NCBI RefSeq assembly: GCF_004010195.1
Contig: NC_057758.1
Span: forward strand, 1,939,542 to 1,982,142
Length of the DNA stretch: 42,601 bases
DNA from: Chiloscyllium plagiosum
Lineage: Eukaryota
Reading direction: 5' to 3'
Shown piece after piece: positions 37,858-42,601 of this stretch. The translations under genes and the position numbers were made by a program. Within the stretch, counting starts at the first letter, position 1; each line of letters begins with the position of its first letter. Below the pieces are notes generated by a model, which worked only from the letters and a program-made list of their open reading frames with translations, had not been told where the DNA came from and did no database searches.

Positions 37858-38424
37858 TATGGAAAATAAAGAACAAAAGGGCATGTGAAAGGTTGAAGCA
37901 TAAAGACCACTGCTGGAATATTACAAGGGGTATACACCACTGTGAGAATGAGGTAACGATGAGCAGAATGAGGTAACAATGAGCTAAATAGCAATTGGTA
38001 AAGACAGCCGGGGACTAGAGACTATTGTGGCCGGATGGTGACAGCAAATATTTAATCAGAAGTTAGGAGAACCAGATTGAGGCTGAAGACCATTGAGGTA
38101 GATACGATAGTAAATATCTAATCGTGATGCAGTCGAATAGAACTAAGTTTGATGTAAGAAATACCAGAGTTGCAGAAATAGAGAGATAACATGAACTAAC
38201 ATCATTGGTTTGTGACGTGTCTGTCGTGGGATAGCTCTGACTAACACAATTGGACACACTAATAAGCCTGAAGAAAACCTGATAACAAAAAGCATAAAGA
38301 ATAATGAACACCTAAGTTCAGGGGCAGTCAGGAATTCGCATTGTGATTGTCACGTATTTTGTTTGCAAATAAAAGATAATCTTCTTGAAAAACTCTCTGC
38401 GTCTCCTGGTAATGCTCTATGACA
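37858..38424 (+). repeat. ERV 3' LTR
   Basis: Follows PPT aaaaggggaa; AATAAA at 38368-38373; ends tgaca. Confidence 0.92.
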
Positions 38425-39553
38425 ACCTCCAATTCCAAGATTGGAGGACGGTATAAAGAAAGTTGGGCAAGCCAGTTACATCACAAATTTGGTCTTACTG
38501 CATGGTACTTCGCAAATATCCTTATCAGAGAATGCGAAAGATGTTTCACCATTTGAAACGCCAAAACGGCTATATCAATTCAAATTGATGCCTTAAGGAA
38601 CGAAGAACTCACTAGCCACATTCCGAAGGCTCACGAACACAGTTGTAGCTGAGTTAACAAAATGTGCAGTCTGTTTGAATGAGCCAGTGATCTTTACTGA
38701 ATCATGCAACATCATATGATAAAGTTGGTATAGCTTTTTGAACGATTAAGAGATGTAAAATTGGTAACAAACGAAAACGAAACTGATTTCGTGAAGGCAG
38801 AGGTGGCGTACTTGGGATATAACGTCGGTGATGGAAGTTTGACCCCAAGGAATGCAAAGGCGAATGCCTTCCAGGAATTTCCACGACCAACCTCGAAGAA
38901 ACTTCGCTTTCTGAGAATGAGCAGATTCGACCGGAAAAATTGTTCAAAACATCAGCCATGTCGCGGCACCGTTAACAGACTTAGTTGAAGAAGAACGCAA
39001 GATTTCCGGTGGAAGAATAATGTCAGGTTGCATTTGACAATTTCAAAACAGTATTAATCACTGCACCAGTTTTAGCTTCACGAAGGTTTTTTGAAACCCT
39101 TCGAATATACATTCGATGCTAATGACATAGGAGTTGGATCAGTACTGCTACAGGAAGATGATCATGGAATTTAACAGCCATTTGGCTGCCTTTCAAAGAA
39201 ACTCAACACCTACCAGAGAAAATGCACTACCAGTGACAAGGAACCGCTGTGTTTGGTACTGGTCTGACAACATTATAATTTTTATGTGACGAACAATGTG
39301 TCAGACACAGTTGTGCACACAAATCACAATCTTCTTACATTCTTGGAACGATTTAAAGACAAGAGTATGACCGCATTGCGTTGGAGTTTTATGTTACACA
39401 CTTTTAATTTACAAACTGTATATACTGCGGGTCGTAGAAATGTGAACTTAGATGAACTTCCTGTGTAAAAATTTGAGGGGATTAAGAATGAGGAATGAAA
39501 ATGAGCTATCCTTTAATTATGATTGATCATTTCTTTTTCTAAAGGGGAGGAAC

Positions 39554-40310
39554 TATGAAGTTGAAGGTGTTAACGCGGCTATAAGAGAGACTGAAAGCTG
39601 TTTTTCATTGAGAGCTCACAAACATCTGTCATATGACGAGCTAGCAGTCTGAGAGTGATGTGTAAAATATGTAACATGTGGCTTTGAAAAAGATGCCGCA
39701 GTTGTTTGCTATTTTGAAAACAATTCAAATTTAAGCAATCCGTTTCAATCATGCCCCAAGTTACTAAAACACAATCGATTTTGAATTTATTGTTTTTCCA
39801 ATCTCAAACCAGTCAGACGATCCAATTTTTGGGGCGGAAAGACGCAGTCATTTTGGAAGTCAAGCAGAGAGTAAACGGCCATAGAGAGAGACTGCCATTC
39901 AAAACAATCTGTCAAAGGTACCTTTTCTCATTAGAAACATCTTTGCAGTAAAAGACAGAAGACGACCCAAGGAGGCCTTCAGCTGAAAGCAGGAGGACAC
40001 CTCAATTGACAGACCTGCGATTTTGAAATTAAGTTGATGTAATTTTAATATGTTCTTAATTGGAGCAGTATATTGTTATAGAGTTATAACCAGACAACAA
40101 ATATTTGAGAGTAAGTGGGCTTAGAGTTGTAGTTAGATGGTGTTTAATGTTCACTTTTAGAGTTAAGTCAGAAATTGATACTTCTTTTTTCTTTAAGCAC
40201 TGGAATTTGGGCGTTGTGTGTAAATCATACTTTACCAGATAACGAGGCGACGTGAGCTTTTCTGGGAGTTCGATTTAATTAGAAGAAGGATTCACTGCAG
40301 TGTCATAACA
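39554..40310 (+). repeat. 3' LTR of the Gmr1-type Gypsy
   Basis: Preceded by the PPT; first ~90 bp match 31395-31490; ends in CA. Confidence 0.75.
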
Positions 40311-41720
40311 AGATCATCCTTCCATATCAGGACTTTTCCGAGTGAACCGTGTCTGACCTGCCTACATGGAAATGTTATCATTCCTAAAATAAAAAAAAAA
40401 CTGTTCACATTATTCCAGATATGGTCTCACTAGCATCTTGTACAGTTGCCGGAAGACTTCCTTCCATCACTGTCCCTTGCCTGGAAATAATGGTCAACAT
40501 TCTTTAACATTCCTGCTTTCTTGCTGCCCTGTGCACGAGGTTTATGTGTTACATGCATAAGTAACCCAAGTAGCTGTAGCTTTCTCAATTTAAATAATAT
40601 TCTGTTCTTTTGTTCACACTTCCTAAGTGAAAAAAATTACATCTTCTTACATTATACAACGTTTGCCAATATACATTTCCCAGTGTCCTAAACGATCAGC
40701 ATCTCTCTTCCAAATGTTTGAATACCATTCAAACAGTCTTTCCAGTAATCATTGTGCCGTCTGCATTTTTGGTGACAGAATGCCCATTTCCTTACGAAAC
40801 GTCGTCAATACCATCATTCTGCCTGAACTCGTGAAATTTCTCTCTGAATTCCTGTGCCAGTTTCACCCGTCTTTCTTGTCTCACCTCTTCGTTTGTCCCA
40901 CCTAATGCAAGAATAGGCAAAACCCTCTGATTTACCTTTAGCAAATCTCCCCTCCAGGATTTGTTTCTGTCTCCTGTGCAGGTGCAACTTGTACTTTTAC
41001 TATAGTTGACTTCTATGCCAAAACAGACTCCAACGATCGAAAAACAATCTGAATACGTGCGACTGCATTGGCTGCTCAGCCAAGCTTTCATCGCTCCTAT
41101 CCGTCAGTTTCAATTCTTACTGGCACATGACAGCAGTTGCAATATTTGGATTAGTATCGTTGAGGTCCTGTTTTCTAAACTTCTTCCAAACTCTGCAGGA
41201 CGTTAGCCCCGCTTCTACCGAAATTGTTGTTACCAATGTGTACAATGACGTATGACAGTTCACACTACTGTTTGCGACTCTGCTGCCTCAGTTCTGAGAC
41301 GTTCTTTGATCCTGGCACCAGGTAAGCAACACACGGTCCTGAAGTCCCGTTCGTGCCCACATAAACAATTGTGTATGCCCCAAGGTAGAGAGTCCTCTAT
41401 CACAATTGCTCGCTTGGAATTTATTATATGTTGTGCCTCCGCAGAGGTGGTCATGCAAAAAAACAAAATATTTTGTTTTCTCCTTCTGTTTTCCCCAGAA
41501 TTGATCACATCCCTCCAGAACCTTACTGAAAAAGCTGTCTTTGTCTGAGTGGAGGGTAGCTACAGGTAAATCGAATACTTCCTGCCTACCTGTCCCGCCC
41601 TTCTCCCACCTCTGACCTTCCTCCTCAACTTGGTCACGACCTGCCGGACTTATACCCGCCCTACAACGTTTTGTTGCAGACTGCCAATGTGACATTAGCC
41701 TCCTCAATTTCTCTACCCTC
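40311..41720 (-). mobile_element. Degenerate CR1 pieces (ORF2, then ORF1 esterase region)
   Basis: 'ctgttcacattattccagatatggtctcac' from ORF2; 41260..41508 'RAIVIEDSL...RDFRTVCCLPGARIK' matches the CR1 ORF1 SGNH-esterase motifs. Confidence 0.7.
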
Positions 41721-41974
41721 TCACCCACTCCAACATCACCACCTCCGAATGTGAAACACGACACTCCATCCACAACAATCCCTCGTTCACCATCGTGATT
41801 TTCCACCATCTGTCTTCCAGGCAGTCCTCCGCCGCACCACCTCCATTCCTTGTCCACTGTTCCAAACCCCCTCACCTAATGCAAGAAAGACAGACCCGCT
41901 CCTCTGTCCTCAACTAGTGCCACACCAAACTCCACATCCAACGCACCAGCACTAAACACTTCAGCTAACTTCAA

Positions 41975-42290
41975 CTAGACCAGAAGCTGAAGAGCAGGAC
42001 GAGTCGAGTAGTGATCTCGAGTTTGCTACCGATGCCACGAGATAGTGAGGTGAGGAACAGACAGCGAATGCAGCTTAATACTTGGCTGCGAGGCTGCTGC
42101 AGGAGGGAGGTATTCAGATACATAGACCATTGGAATATCTTATGGGAAGGTGGGAACTGTACATGAAGGACACGTTGCACCTGAACTGGATATGCACAAA
42201 TGTCTTGGGTTGGAGATTTGCTCATGAGATTCGGGAGGGCTTGAACTAGATTGGCAGGGGCGTTAGATACAGACTTGACCAGATCAAGAT
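41975..42290 (+). mobile_element. CR1 ORF1 esterase fragment
   Basis: 'KLKSRTSRVVISSLLPMPRDSEVRNRQRMQLNTWLRGCCRREVFRYIDHW'. Confidence 0.75.
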
Positions 42291-42295
42291 TGCTG

Positions 42296-42601
42296 ATAGA
42301 ACATAGAACATAGAACATAGAAGAATACAGCGCAGTACAGGCCCTTCGGCCCTCGATGTTGCGCCGATCCAAGCCCAACTAACCTACATTAGCCCACTAT
42401 CCTGCATATGCCTATCCAATGACCGCTTAAATGCCCATAATGAGGGAGAGTCCACCACTGCTACTGGCAGGGCATTCCATGAACTCACGACTCGCTGAGT
42501 AAAGAACCTACACCTAACATCTGTCCTATACCTACCCCCCCCCCCCGTAATTAAAAGCTATGCCCCCTTATAAAAGCTGACTCCATGCGTGGAAAAAGAT
42601 T
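42296..42601 (-). mobile_element. CR1 3' end with (atagaac)n tail, apparently young; runs off the window
   Basis: Intact 7-mer tail followed by CpG-rich 'acaggcccttcggccctcgatgttgcgccg'. Confidence 0.8.

Larger units (their letters stand above)
33662..38424 (+). mobile_element. Endogenous retrovirus provirus, deleted for gag-pro-RT (LTR-PBS-leader-IN-ORF-env-PPT-LTR)
   Basis: Paired ~570-bp LTRs ending ...tgaca, a PBS, retroviral integrase, an env with ISD and CX6CC remnant, and PPT 'aaaaggggaa'. Confidence 0.92.
31395..40310 (+). mobile_element. Internally deleted Gmr1-type Gypsy element, split by a CR1 and an ERV
   Basis: 5' LTR stub 31395-31500 matches the 3' LTR start at 39554. Pre-RT 'PIKQY..R.NP...VQKEVVTMLNEDI' | CR1 | 'PSQSEYSSPIALLHKPDGTQ...SDSY' | ERV | 'PIPRLEDGIKKVGQASYIT'. 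RNase H 'HTNHNLLTFLERFKDK..LRWS' is followed directly by PPT 'aaaggggagg' and the LTR 39554-40310 (ends ...ataaca). Confidence 0.8.

Noticed and set aside
41288..41875. 195-aa ORF as a host gene
   Set aside because: Overlaps decayed CR1 ORF1 and purine-rich low-complexity sequence; no coherent domain in this frame.
1..42601. Remaining short six-frame ORFs
   Set aside because: They are antisense or off-frame products of SINE, LINE and LTR remnants, or chance ORFs with no recognisable motifs.

Overview
Repeat-dominated vertebrate genomic DNA, most consistent with a cartilaginous fish (shark-type tRNA-derived SINEs, CR1 LINEs, Penelope-like elements, GPR139-like receptor genes). I found no intact protein-coding gene. 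Contents: (1) decayed Ty3/Gypsy sequence at 2.5-14.4 kb (- strand) containing a full-length decayed Gmr1-type LTR element with PR-IN-RT-RH order, a SINE and a CR1; (2) a near-full-length CR1 at 15.4-19.1 kb; (3) a two-exon GPR139-like GPCR pseudogene (21242-25734) with an inverted Penelope-like pair in its intron, and a second more decayed GPR139-like remnant; (4) a nest at 31-40.9 kb in which an old CR1 hosts a Gmr1-type Gypsy whose RT gene is interrupted by a CR1 and by a 4.76-kb endogenous retrovirus. The provirus has two LTRs, a tRNA-Ser-like PBS, an E-box-rich 22-bp tandem array, integrase, an acidic ORF and a gamma-type env, but no recognisable gag, protease or RT. Several local template-switch or fold-back scars are also visible. 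All identities and boundaries were judged by eye; no database search was run.
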